Below the pieces are notes generated by a model. That model was not told where the DNA came from. It made no database searches and saw nothing but the letters and a program-made list of their open reading frames with translations. Below, one piece after another: positions 40,399-50,158 of a stretch of 64,000 nt of DNA. The stretch comes from Methanobacteriota archaeon (lineage in GTDB: Archaea > Thermoplasmatota > Poseidoniia > MGIII > CG-Epi1): assembly GCA_014240055.1 (NCBI GenBank), contig JAAZXP010000002.1, forward strand, positions 10,040 to 74,039, written 5' to 3'. Position 1 is the first letter of the stretch; each line of letters opens with the position of its first letter. A program made the position numbers and the translations under genes.

Positions 40399-41489
40399 TA
40401 CCAAGAATCCCAAACTGTCTTTTTCGCCATTTCCATTGAGTAAAAGGTATTGTAGATAAGTGATTTTTTCCAACCACTTGGATTAATTTCTTCCCAATCT
40501 ACTTCATCGCCTTCCTTAACTTTTCTCATTCCATATTCAAAAGCTTTATTCCCTAATAATGCAAAAATTCCTCTACGTGCAATATCTGCTTTTTTCCTTT
40601 CTCGAAATTGTTCTTTCCACAATTTGTCATAATCTAAAGAATTAGAAAGTGCTCTCTGAGCCAATACTCCTGATTCTACCGCATAATTCATTCCAAAGCC
40701 TCTCCACGGGTCTTGAAAACCTGCAGCTTCTCCTGTATAATACACTCCATCTTTTACTGCAGTTTTAGGAAAGTGAACTCCACCTTGTCCTCCCACAGTT
40801 CCAGTTGGTTTAGCGCCATCTATTATATTTTTCAGAACTGGCCTTTCCTCAACGGCTTTATACATCAATTTTTTTACTTGTTTAGCATAAGGTTTCGAAC
40901 AACAATTCATGACTTTTATAGTATCTTTATCCATTGGAATTATGTATAGATACCAGCCTCGTGGCGAATACTTTTCATCATGCATATACAAAAATTGATC
41001 TCTAGGAAAATCTGAATTTTCATAATAGGCACCAAATGCAGCCATGTCTGTTCGATAAGACCCTGAAGACATTATGTCTCCTGATTTTGGTTTAGGTCTA
41101 GATTTAAAATTAAATTCGACACCTAAATCTTTAGCCTCATCTGCTAAACCTCTTTCCAACGAATTTTCTCCACCTCGAAGTATTAGTGGTAAAGGTTCTT
41201 TGAGAGATATTGTAAAATCTCTTTTCTGTGTACAACAAACAAACTTTTTAGCATCCTTAAATGTAAATTTAGGATTTAATCCCCATTTATTCAAATATGA
41301 TGTTGCATCAGCCTCTGAAGAAGGTGTGTTGGGACTTTCTTTCAATAAAACTTGATAATTTGGATGGAATTGCATCCCTATATCCTCTCTAGCTTCATGA
41401 ATTTCTACTTTTTCATCATTCTTTGCAAAATTAATAGCTGCAGCTAATCCTGAAAGGCCTCCACCTATTATTTTACGTTTATTTCCCAT
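40398..41489 (-). CDS. FAD-dependent oxidoreductase, geranylgeranyl reductase-like
   Basis: IIGGGLSGLAAA Rossmann motif, GWYLYIIP, GEAAGFQDP..GFGM..A..SG; likely start ATG 41489. Confidence 0.75.
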   Translation of the reverse strand: MGNKRKIIGGGLSGLAAAINFAKNDEKVEIHEAREDIGMQFHPNYQVLLKESPNTPSSEADATSYLNKWGLNPKFTFKDAKKFVCCTQKRDFTISLKEPLPLILRGGENSLERGLADEAKDLGVEFNFKSRPKPKSGDIMSSGSYRTDMAAFGAYYENSDFPRDQFLYMHDEKYSPRGWYLYIIPMDKDTIKVMNCCSKPYAKQVKKLMYKAVEERPVLKNIIDGAKPTGTVGGQGGVHFPKTAVKDGVYYTGEAAGFQDPWRGFGMNYAVESGVLAQRALSNSLDYDKLWKEQFRERKKADIARRGIFALLGNKAFEYGMRKVKEGDEVDWEEINPSGWKKSLIYNTFYSMEMAKKTVWDSW

Positions 41490-41610
41490 GATTTTTCTCT
41501 TTATGGATATCTTAAATTTCAATCAGAAGTTTTTGAAGTTTCATGATGCTATACAATGTCATCTAAGTGCAAATAGAATAGGTCTTAAAGTTCTATTGTT
41601 AAAATAATAT

Positions 41611-42435
41611 TTATTTTTTTGAAGCTGCTTCAACTACATTAGACATTAACATAACTACAGTCATAGGCCCTACACCACCAGGGACTGGCGTCAAAGCTCC
41701 AGCAACCTCTCTAACATCAAAAGAAGTGTCACCAACAAGACCTTGATCTGTACGATTTACTCCTACGTCTATTATGACTGCTCCAGACTTAACCATCTCT
41801 TTGGTAACTGTATTAGGGTAACCAACAGCTACAATCAAAATATCCGCTTCCTTACAAAATTTTTGGATATTAGGTGTTCGACTATGGCAAACCGTAACTG
41901 TTGCATCCATACCTTTCTGAAGTAGTAGTAGAGAAATCGGTTTTCCAACAATAGTACTACGGCCAACGACCACTACATTCTTTCCACTAGGATTATTGCC
42001 TGTACGAGATAATAACTCGATGATTCCTGCAGGAGTACATGGTTTCATTCCTGGATTTTCTTGTACTATTTTACCTAAATTAGTAGGATGAAAACCATCA
42101 ACATCATTTTCAGGTTCTATCAAATCTAATACACTTTCAAATCCAGCTGGCAAAGGTAGCTGAACAATTATACCGTCTTCAGTTCTATTCAAATCCTTAA
42201 CTAAATTTTCCAACTCTTTTTTAGATATATCTGACGAAAGATGATGGTGGGTTAGATTAATTCCAATACGCTCAGCTGCATTAGATTTAGCACGAATATA
42301 AGAGGTAGAAGCAGGATCTTCACCGACCTGAACTACTGATAATTTAGGCGGTATTTTCATTTGTGCTACTCTAACTTGTAACTCATCCTCTATCTCTTTT
42401 GCAATTTTCTTTCCATCAATTAACTTAGCAGTCAA
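41611..42435 (-). CDS. folD: Methylenetetrahydrofolate dehydrogenase/cyclohydrolase
   Basis: LIDGK, VQLPLP, DVDGFHP, PCTPAG, GRSTIVGKP, TPVPGGVGPMTV. Confidence 0.95.
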   Translation of the reverse strand: MTAKLIDGKKIAKEIEDELQVRVAQMKIPPKLSVVQVGEDPASTSYIRAKSNAAERIGINLTHHHLSSDISKKELENLVKDLNRTEDGIIVQLPLPAGFESVLDLIEPENDVDGFHPTNLGKIVQENPGMKPCTPAGIIELLSRTGNNPSGKNVVVVGRSTIVGKPISLLLLQKGMDATVTVCHSRTPNIQKFCKEADILIVAVGYPNTVTKEMVKSGAVIIDVGVNRTDQGLVGDTSFDVREVAGALTPVPGGVGPMTVVMLMSNVVEAASKK

Positions 42436-42869
42436 TGTAAATCCTCTAACTGATAAAGTTCAACTTCAATACGAGGCCCATCGCCTTGTGCTGCAATTCT
42501 CTTTCGGACTATTAATTCTGATATTTGACCATCATCATGATACAAGACTCCACTAAGGCCATCCTTGATAGATTTAGCAATATTATCTGCATCTGGTCTC
42601 TTTGAATGGTACTCTTCTTTTCTTGGTTCTTTTACCCGCCATTTGCTCTTAGGACATGGAAAATATGCAAATATTTCAATTCCCAAAGGCCCCTCAAAAA
42701 GACCTTCAAGTCCAGCTTCAGTTCGAGCTTTCTGACCAATATAGGCAATATCTGCCTTGTAGACCTTACTGGGTTTTGGATCTGTAGCAACAACAAAATT
42801 ACCCTTTCGATAAAATCTAGGTCGGCCTTGAGCAACGGGCTTTCCTGGCAATGTAAATTTAATACGCAC
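42432..42869 (-). CDS. rusA: RusA family Holliday junction resolvase
   Basis: GKPVAQGRPRF, RPDADNIAKSIKDGL..VLYHDDGQI: the RusA D-x-D-N-x-x-K and DD catalytic motifs. Confidence 0.85.
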   Translation of the reverse strand: MRIKFTLPGKPVAQGRPRFYRKGNFVVATDPKPSKVYKADIAYIGQKARTEAGLEGLFEGPLGIEIFAYFPCPKSKWRVKEPRKEEYHSKRPDADNIAKSIKDGLSGVLYHDDGQISELIVRKRIAAQGDGPRIEVELYQLEDLH

Positions 42870-42946
42870 ACCAACCCATACGGGGGGGACAAAAAACGTG
42901 TTCGTCCAACATATTATTTTAATTAGGTGCTCACAAGCAGGATATT

Positions 42947-44707
42947 ATGCGTGTTGCTGTCCTCCATGAAGACAGATGCCAACCAAAGAAGTGTCAGAAT
43001 GAATGCTATAATTTCTGTCCACCTGTTAGAAATGGGGTTGAAGTTATTACCTGGAGAAGAGACAATAAACCCATTGTTTCCGAACCTCTGTGCATTGGTT
43101 GTGGAATATGCGTACACAAGTGCCCACATGACGCATTAACTATAGTTAATTTACCTGATGAACAAGAAAAAGATACAGTCCACAGGTATGGAATGAATGA
43201 ATTTAGATTATTTGGCCTCCCAGCTCCTGAAAAAGGAAAGGTTATTGGAATACTAGGTGCAAATGGAACCGGAAAAACCACGGCAATTTCACTTTTAGCT
43301 GGAGAAATAATTCCTAACCTCGGAGATTGGGAAGTTGAAGGTTCGTGGGATGATGTAAAAGATTTCTATTCAGGTACTGAAATTCAGAAACATTTCAATA
43401 AATTATCTGATGGGAATATCAGTATTGCTCTAAAACCACAATATGTTGATAGAATACCTCAGATGTTTGATGGCACTTTAAGAGAACTCTTGGAAAGAGT
43501 AGCATCGCCAGAGAAAGTTGAAGAATTCGCCACTAAAATTAATTTAACTAGTTTAGACAAAAAATTGAGTAAAGTCTCAGGTGGAGAATTACAAAAAGGA
43601 GCAATTGCAGCTACAATCCTAAAAGAAGCTGATCTCTATTTCTTTGATGAACCTTCATCCTATCTTGATATTGAACAACGAATTTTTATTGCTAGAATGA
43701 TTTCTGAATTAGGGGAGACAAAAAGTGTTATAGTAATTGAGCATGACTTAGCTATTCTGGATTATGTAACTGACAATATACACATTATGTATGGAAGTCC
43801 AAATGCATATGGTATTGTTTCACAAAAGTTGGCAGTAAGAAATGCAATTAATTCTTATTTGGATGGATATGTTCAAGAATCAAATGTAAGAATTCGAGAT
43901 AATACAATCAAATTTCTGAAGCACCCTCCGAGAACTGGATGGGATGGTCAAGTATTAGTGAAATGGCCAGATCTCTCAAAACAATTAGGAGATTTCAAAT
44001 TGGAAGCTTCAGCCGGTGAAATACTTGGAGGTCAAGTATTGGGAGTTGTTGGTGGCAATGCTACAGGAAAAACAACATTTGTAAAAATGCTAGCTAATGA
44101 ATTAGAGCCAGATGCAGGTGAAATTGAAAGCGATATTACCGTTTCCTATAAACCTCAATACATCAATGCACCTGAAGGCATTATTGTAGGTGATTTATTA
44201 CAATCTGTAAAAGGTTTTGACGAGCATATGCTTGCTACAGAACTCAATGTACCTCTTAATCTGGAACCATTAATGGAACGCGAATTGCAGACACTGTCAG
44301 GTGGAGAATTGCAACGCGTAGCTATTGCTGAATGCTTACTGAAGGAAGCTGATCTTTATCTGCTAGATGAACCTTCAGCCTATCTTGATGCAAACCAAAG
44401 AATGATTACTGCAAAGACAATCAGACGTTCAATGGAACAAAGAGGCAAATCAGCCTTAGTGGTTGATCACGACGTCTATTTTATTGATTATATTGCAGAT
44501 GGTTTATTGTGTTTTGGAGGAATACCTAGTAAAGAAGGAAAGGCAGAAGGACCTTATAATATGCGTCAGGGAATGAATACCTTCTTAGGTAAAGTAGGAA
44601 TTACATTTAGAAGAGATAAAAATACATACAGACCAAGAATAAATAAGCCAGGTTCAAGGCTTGATAGAGAGCAAAAAAGCAAGAAAGAATTTTACTATTC
44701 AAATTGA
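42947..44707 (+). CDS. rli1: Ribosome recycling ATPase ABCE1/Rli1
   Basis: Two N-terminal 4Fe-4S clusters (CQPKKC..EC..CP, CIGCGIC..KCP), two ABC domains, RPRINKPGS. Confidence 0.96.
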   Translation: MRVAVLHEDRCQPKKCQNECYNFCPPVRNGVEVITWRRDNKPIVSEPLCIGCGICVHKCPHDALTIVNLPDEQEKDTVHRYGMNEFRLFGLPAPEKGKVIGILGANGTGKTTAISLLAGEIIPNLGDWEVEGSWDDVKDFYSGTEIQKHFNKLSDGNISIALKPQYVDRIPQMFDGTLRELLERVASPEKVEEFATKINLTSLDKKLSKVSGGELQKGAIAATILKEADLYFFDEPSSYLDIEQRIFIARMISELGETKSVIVIEHDLAILDYVTDNIHIMYGSPNAYGIVSQKLAVRNAINSYLDGYVQESNVRIRDNTIKFLKHPPRTGWDGQVLVKWPDLSKQLGDFKLEASAGEILGGQVLGVVGGNATGKTTFVKMLANELEPDAGEIESDITVSYKPQYINAPEGIIVGDLLQSVKGFDEHMLATELNVPLNLEPLMERELQTLSGGELQRVAIAECLLKEADLYLLDEPSAYLDANQRMITAKTIRRSMEQRGKSALVVDHDVYFIDYIADGLLCFGGIPSKEGKAEGPYNMRQGMNTFLGKVGITFRRDKNTYRPRINKPGSRLDREQKSKKEFYYSN

Positions 44708-44742
44708 TGATTAAATTTATTGCAGGGCCTCGATAGGCTTCC

Positions 44743-47364
44743 GTGTTACAAAGGCCCTTAGAGTACATTGTTCGAGGATACACGAACATAATTATGAATT
44801 ATGCAATCCTCACAGTTAGCGTTCTAAGTCTGATTACTGTATTACTATTGCAATCTGCAATGACCTTTGAGCAGAACATGACACGAGATATTGAGGTTTA
44901 TCTTCCTGAAGGTGAAGAATCAACCAAAATATTAATTGAAGTTAGAGAAGATTGGGCTACTGATTTAATTATAGTTTATTTGCAAACTCCAAATGCTAAG
45001 GATCCTGGATTCTATAAAGATGCAACTATCGATAATATAACTCATGTTCCAACATTAAAAGAAATATCACTTTTAGAACAAACTATTGATCCTTATGGCC
45101 AAACTACTGATTTAGAAAAATATCAAGCAGATAGAGGCGAAAATGATGATATCATTTTTACTCTAAGTATTTCCACACTAATCAAAGAATTTAATTCGAC
45201 TAATGCAAGATTTATCGAAGCCTCCGAAGGGAAAATATTCGGCGGTCTCAGTATAGAAGAAAATGACGATGATACTGTTAACCAAACTGGAACCTATGCA
45301 ATCCCTAGTGATCAAGACAGAGTAGATCAAATATTCGACAGTACTGCTTCGGCATTGCAAAATTTTGCTATAGATACAAACGATGATGGAATTATTGATA
45401 CGGCAGTCATACTTTTTGCATTAAAGGCTTCAGATGAAAATAATGATGATATTCAAAAAGCAAAGATTGACCAAATACAAGAATTCATTGATTTAAGAGA
45501 AAACCCAAAAACTGAAATGACACAAACTGGATTGGTAGTAGTACTCCATGAAGTTACAGAACGTTTGTACGATGATTTACTCACTATGCTGCCCATGTCA
45601 TTAGGAATAGTACTATCGCTAATGATTCTTTTTCATAGAAATTGGCTAGCAATACCTGTTGTACTAGTTCCAATCTTTTGTTCTTTAATATGGACTTTAG
45701 GAATTGTGAATCTGTCAGGCGTTGTTCTAACTCCTATGATTGTCGCTGCGGGACCTATCTTAGTTGGAATCGGAGTTGATTATGGACTCCATATTGCAAA
45801 TCGAATAGTCGAATTTAAGGATGAAGGAAACAAAATGCCCAAAGCAACCTATTTGGCATTACTAAGTACTGGAAAAGCAACTCTTCTCTGTGCCTTAACG
45901 GATTCAATTGGCTTTTCAGCTTTATTCATTTCACCGATTGTTCCAATGAGGACTGTTGGTTTTACTATGATTATTGGAGTTATCTGTTCATTCTTTTTGA
46001 CAGTCAGTATGACGCCCGCGATGATGAGGTTAACAAACTATTCAAGGCATAAAAGTGGAGGTTGGAAAAAAATTGCTATTTTCTCAACAAAACAATGGAA
46101 AGCAATTCTAGTCGTAGTTCTACTAACTACTGCTTATTCTATTGCAAGAATATCTGTAATGGATCAAGATATTAAAGGCAATGAATCTGCCCCAGAAGAT
46201 GTAGATTCTATTCAAAAATTAAAAGAATACTCCGAAGAATTCGAAGCTGGACAAACCGGGATTTTACTCATCAATAATCAAACTGAAAGAGAAAAACCCG
46301 CGGCTAAAGATTTAGATGTACTTGATGTAATGAATTGGACTCAAGGAGAAATCAATAATTTATCCGTTGAAAATAGGAATACAAATGAAATAATCAATGT
46401 ATCTGCTTTCTCTATAGTTGATTTTTTCAAATCAGCTCACTTCACAATAGTAATCGAAGACTTGGACGGAGAGGCTCTATTCGCATTTGATGGTAGCTTC
46501 TGGGACTTTCTTCACAGTGATTTTTTCGGAGATGATTATGCAATAGTTGATCTAAATCCAGTATACAACCGTGAAGAATTACGTTCAGATATGATTGATG
46601 TATTCTATGAATCTTTTACTGATGAGATGAGAGCCATGCTTCTAACTGATGAATACGATAAAGCTCTAATCTATGTTAGTATGCCATATATCAATATAGA
46701 TGATACTGCAATTTTGGTAAAAGAAATTGATAGAATTTCTGAAATAAGAAATAGGCAAATGTCGTTCTATGATGCTCAAATGTCTACCCTTACAGGAGGG
46801 CCTCCTGTAACAATTGCCATCAATGAAGGAATACAAGAAACCCAATTTGATACTATCAAACTCAGCTTACTATTAGTTTTAATATGTATGATAATGATCT
46901 TTTGGTCTCCCAAGTATGGTTTTGTAACATTTTTGCCTATTTTACTTGTAATTCTATGGTATCCTGCAACAGTAGATGCAGGAGGTACGAATCTAAATAT
47001 CTTCACTGCAATGGTTGGTACCATAATCATAGGAATAGGAATTGATAACTCTATTCAAATAACGGAAAGGGTTAGAGAAGAAGGGGCAACTCCAGAAGGT
47101 ATCGAAAAAGCAGTTGAAAATACAGGACAATCAGTTGTAGAAGCAACGTTTACCACAATGGGTGGTGTATTTTCAGGAGTTATAATTTCATTTTATAGAA
47201 CTCAGTTTGTAGGCTTAAGAAATTTCTTTGCTTTGATTATTACATTAGTTCTATTTTCTTTATTAATGGCTGTGTTTGCATTACCTAGTTTTTATCATGC
47301 TTTACATTATATTCAAAATAAGTATGCTAAAAGAAATTGGAGAATAAAAACTAAATTCAATTAG
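44743..47364 (+). CDS. MMPL/RND superfamily transporter
   Basis: Two 6-TM repeats with GIGVDYGLH and GIGIDNSIQ, large extracellular loops. Confidence 0.88.
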   Translation: MLQRPLEYIVRGYTNIIMNYAILTVSVLSLITVLLLQSAMTFEQNMTRDIEVYLPEGEESTKILIEVREDWATDLIIVYLQTPNAKDPGFYKDATIDNITHVPTLKEISLLEQTIDPYGQTTDLEKYQADRGENDDIIFTLSISTLIKEFNSTNARFIEASEGKIFGGLSIEENDDDTVNQTGTYAIPSDQDRVDQIFDSTASALQNFAIDTNDDGIIDTAVILFALKASDENNDDIQKAKIDQIQEFIDLRENPKTEMTQTGLVVVLHEVTERLYDDLLTMLPMSLGIVLSLMILFHRNWLAIPVVLVPIFCSLIWTLGIVNLSGVVLTPMIVAAGPILVGIGVDYGLHIANRIVEFKDEGNKMPKATYLALLSTGKATLLCALTDSIGFSALFISPIVPMRTVGFTMIIGVICSFFLTVSMTPAMMRLTNYSRHKSGGWKKIAIFSTKQWKAILVVVLLTTAYSIARISVMDQDIKGNESAPEDVDSIQKLKEYSEEFEAGQTGILLINNQTEREKPAAKDLDVLDVMNWTQGEINNLSVENRNTNEIINVSAFSIVDFFKSAHFTIVIEDLDGEALFAFDGSFWDFLHSDFFGDDYAIVDLNPVYNREELRSDMIDVFYESFTDEMRAMLLTDEYDKALIYVSMPYINIDDTAILVKEIDRISEIRNRQMSFYDAQMSTLTGGPPVTIAINEGIQETQFDTIKLSLLLVLICMIMIFWSPKYGFVTFLPILLVILWYPATVDAGGTNLNIFTAMVGTIIIGIGIDNSIQITERVREEGATPEGIEKAVENTGQSVVEATFTTMGGVFSGVIISFYRTQFVGLRNFFALIITLVLFSLLMAVFALPSFYHALHYIQNKYAKRNWRIKTKFN

Positions 47365-47761
47365 ACAACATCTCATTTACTGCCAATACTGAATTTTTAG
47401 CGTAAGGCAATAATCTATCTTCAATATGTTCAGGTTTAGCCCCAGGCCCTATTATTCCAAAACCAATTGGTTTCATAGAAGCAAGTTGTAAATCTATTAA
47501 GGACTTAATTACTGATTGACCCATTATTGAACCATGTTCAGTTTCTCCTTTTTCAATTATACCTAAAACAACCGCACCATCTATTGATTCTCTAAGAAAC
47601 AAGCGTTTGATTTGTAATGGCATTTCCATGGAACCAGGTACCCATACTACTTCTTCAACTATTATACCATTATCTAAAGCCACTGAACGAGCTTCATCAA
47701 CCATCTTCTCAATATGGCTTTTATGATAACTACCTGCAACAATTGCTATAGACTTAACCAT
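47357..47761 (-). CDS. ribH: 6,7-dimethyl-8-ribityllumazine synthase
   Basis: VPGSMEMP, LGIIEKGETEH, KPIGFGIIGPG (archaeal type). Confidence 0.92.
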   Translation of the reverse strand: MVKSIAIVAGSYHKSHIEKMVDEARSVALDNGIIVEEVVWVPGSMEMPLQIKRLFLRESIDGAVVLGIIEKGETEHGSIMGQSVIKSLIDLQLASMKPIGFGIIGPGAKPEHIEDRLLPYAKNSVLAVNEMLSN

Positions 47762-48377
47762 GGATAGACTCCTTATTCATTTCAAGAATAGTATCTACTG
47801 TATTTCTAGTCTGTGTTTCAATTTCAATATTAATTGAATCTCCTACTACTTTATGTATTATATTCGTCAATCTTAATGTTTCAGGAATTAAATAAACTGT
47901 AAATGTATTATTTATTTTATCTACTTCGCCAATTGTCAAACTTATTCCGTTTAAAGAAATATACCCTTTGGAAAAAATATATTTTTGTAAACGTGAATTA
48001 CATTTTAATGTTAAAATATAATTGTTTTTAGGTTCCTTTATGTCTGTAATAGTTACAGTATCAAAAACATGGCCTGAAATCATGTGACCTCCGATTTCAT
48101 CCCCTAATTTCATTGACCTTTCAATATTTACAACTGAATTTGTCTTAATATCTCCAAAAGTAGTGACCTTCAAAGTTTCAATTATTACATCAAATTCTAA
48201 ACTATCTAAATTTATATTAGTTACAGTTAAACAAACGCCATCAACGCAAACACTTGCCCCCACTTGAATCCCTTTATTGAATTCAGAGGAAGTTTGAATG
48301 ATTATTGATGATAAATTTTCTTTTCGGATTATTTTAGAAACAATTCCCGTACCTTCTACTATTCCTGTAAAAACCAT
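47754..48377 (-). CDS. ribE: Riboflavin synthase, bacterial/eukaryotic (alpha) type
   Basis: MVFTGIVE, GASVCVDGVCLTV, VNIERS...GGHMISGHV, KGYISLNGISLT, IPETL. Confidence 0.93.
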   Translation of the reverse strand: MVFTGIVEGTGIVSKIIRKENLSSIIIQTSSEFNKGIQVGASVCVDGVCLTVTNINLDSLEFDVIIETLKVTTFGDIKTNSVVNIERSMKLGDEIGGHMISGHVFDTVTITDIKEPKNNYILTLKCNSRLQKYIFSKGYISLNGISLTIGEVDKINNTFTVYLIPETLRLTNIIHKVVGDSINIEIETQTRNTVDTILEMNKESIHG

Positions 48378-48383
48378 TATACC

Positions 48384-48824
48384 TCATTCTGAATCATATT
48401 TATTCCTGTATATTTTTAATATTTTTGATATTATCTTACGAGAACCTGCTAAATCTTGCTCCATTTCTGGTAATCTAACTACTTTTACTTTGATACCTCG
48501 TTCTAGTAATTTTTCTTCTAATTCATGGCGCGTAAATAATCGTTGATCATAACCAAGGGCAATCACATCTGGCTTAATTTCATCCACAATTATATCCAAC
48601 ATATCTCCAGTTCGTCCAATTACAACTCCATCAACCGGTTTAATGTGAGAAACTACTTCTGCACGCATATCATCAGATAAGATAGGTTCGCCCTTCATCT
48701 TACGTACTGTATCATCATTTGCAATTATTACTACTAATTCATCCCCGTGTTCCTTAGCTGCATTCAAAAAATGAGCATGTCCGGAATGGATTATATCAAA
48801 AACACCAGTTGCTACAACTTTCAT
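48384..48824 (-). CDS. ribL: Archaeal FAD synthetase
   Basis: GVFDIIHSGH nucleotidyltransferase motif, KPDVIALGYDQ; located in the rib operon. Confidence 0.88.
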   Translation of the reverse strand: MKVVATGVFDIIHSGHAHFLNAAKEHGDELVVIIANDDTVRKMKGEPILSDDMRAEVVSHIKPVDGVVIGRTGDMLDIIVDEIKPDVIALGYDQRLFTRHELEEKLLERGIKVKVVRLPEMEQDLAGSRKIISKILKIYRNKYDSE

Positions 48825-49516
48825 TTACACTCATCCATTATTTGTTGACCCTCTAAAAACAGATATCCCTCTTTTTGAGCCCATAATTTCGCATCACCAG
48901 GCGATAAAGATAAACCATCGTTCCCAACCATCTCACATCCTAAAGCTATCGGGTTCATTTCTATTAAGTTAAATAATGCAACGATTAATTCAGTATGCCC
49001 TCGGCGAGATTTAAGAAGATCAGAATCTGCAATACAGACTGGGACATGGCCGGGAATACGGAAATTTTGCGCAAGATGAGTTTTACCGTCTGTTATTTTA
49101 GAACTCACAGTATCTTCAAATATTTGTGCAAATACTCGTGCAGTTAGAGCTCTATCATTATCACTAATTCCTGTAAATGTGTCCTTGTGATTCAAAAAAA
49201 CTGAAAAAGATGAACGTTTATCATATGGAAGCTTATGACTAAGCATGGTTTTCAATATCTCAAATTTATTTCTATTCTTAATTGCTTCTTCATATATCTC
49301 TTCTGCAAAGGGTAATCCTAAATCACTGGAAGCTCTATTTTCAGCCGCTAAGAAAATCATACCCCCTCCGTTTTTTCTGAGGAAATTAACGCTAGACTGA
49401 GTAACATATTTAGCTGAAAAAAAGATGTCTGTTTCACCTTCTCTATTAGCTTCATCAAAAACTAAGATTGGTTCGCCTCTTCTCAAAATTTTAGTAATAT
49501 TTTTTACGTCTATCAT
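48821..49516 (-). CDS. ribB: 3,4-dihydroxy-2-butanone-4-phosphate synthase (archaeal type)
   Basis: FDEANREGETD, TFTGISDNDRALT, FRIPGHV, RRGHTE, CEM. Confidence 0.92.
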   Translation of the reverse strand: MIDVKNITKILRRGEPILVFDEANREGETDIFFSAKYVTQSSVNFLRKNGGGMIFLAAENRASSDLGLPFAEEIYEEAIKNRNKFEILKTMLSHKLPYDKRSSFSVFLNHKDTFTGISDNDRALTARVFAQIFEDTVSSKITDGKTHLAQNFRIPGHVPVCIADSDLLKSRRGHTELIVALFNLIEMNPIALGCEMVGNDGLSLSPGDAKLWAQKEGYLFLEGQQIMDECK

Positions 49517-49584
49517 TTATTGACCTTCGAATTTTAGTTCTTAATATGTTTAATTTTAACTGTGCCATTAAATAATTGCGTAGA

Positions 49585-49600
49585 TACTCGAAAATGAGTA
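49585..49600. promoter_or_regulatory. Palindrome TACTC-N6-GAGTA upstream of ribB (candidate RbkR-type operator)
   Basis: TACTCGAAAATGAGTA in the 90-bp gap upstream of the rib operon. Confidence 0.45.
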
Positions 49601-49606
49601 AGCATC

Positions 49607-50158
49607 TTATAAATCATAAGTTATACAATCTATATTTGCACTGTATTGAGCCTTCAAACTAACATACCTCGTACAAGATAAATCTCCTGAATTGAGCTTG
49701 ACAATCATGAGAGAACCAAAATCTCTATTACAAACTAAAGGATCCTTATCTGGTGAAGTATATAGATCATATCCACCCCATTCATGTTTCCATTCTTTTG
49801 TAAGATCATAGACTACTAACAATCTGTTAGTTTCAGATTCATCCATGTGCAATAATGAATAATCTCCCGGAGAATAAGATATATGATTTGATTTTCTAAA
49901 CTTTGGTTTAAGGCCTGTTGCTTTAGATAAAAAAACCCTAAAATCAGAGGATTTCCAAAAATTATCTAGTAATGCATTTCCAATTTTACGATTATAATAA
50001 CCTATCTTTTCTTCGAAATTCAATTCAGGCTCAATAATATCTGGTGATTCATTGAGGAATTTAGACAACCGAATGAAAGGAATATCTGCTGAATTAAAAA
50101 TTCGATTCAAATTAGAGATAGTTGCGTCTTCTAGATAATAAAAATTTATATCAACCAT
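49607..50158 (-). CDS. OGFOD1/Tpa1/Ofd1 C-terminal-domain-like DSBH protein (probably non-catalytic)
   Basis: INFYYLE, IRLSKFL, F.S..F..FLS..TGL, YSPGDYSLLH, EWKHEWGGY..Y, SLMIV, RYV; no distal His. Confidence 0.7.
   Translation of the reverse strand: MVDINFYYLEDATISNLNRIFNSADIPFIRLSKFLNESPDIIEPELNFEEKIGYYNRKIGNALLDNFWKSSDFRVFLSKATGLKPKFRKSNHISYSPGDYSLLHMDESETNRLLVVYDLTKEWKHEWGGYDLYTSPDKDPLVCNRDFGSLMIVKLNSGDLSCTRYVSLKAQYSANIDCITYDL

Noticed and set aside
41520..41610. Possible C/D box sRNA in the intergenic gap
   Set aside because: A CTGA is present on the minus strand, but there is no convincing RUGAUGA box or terminal stem.
41600..43000. Prophage or integrated element around rusA
   Set aside because: The flanks are folD and ABCE1; no integrase, structural genes or direct repeats are visible.
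50151..50158. The OGFOD1-like pair as one gene broken by a sequencing frameshift
   Set aside because: The junction is a clean ATGGTTGA start/stop overlap with no homopolymer and no remnant of an inter-domain linker, which fits two coupled genes better.
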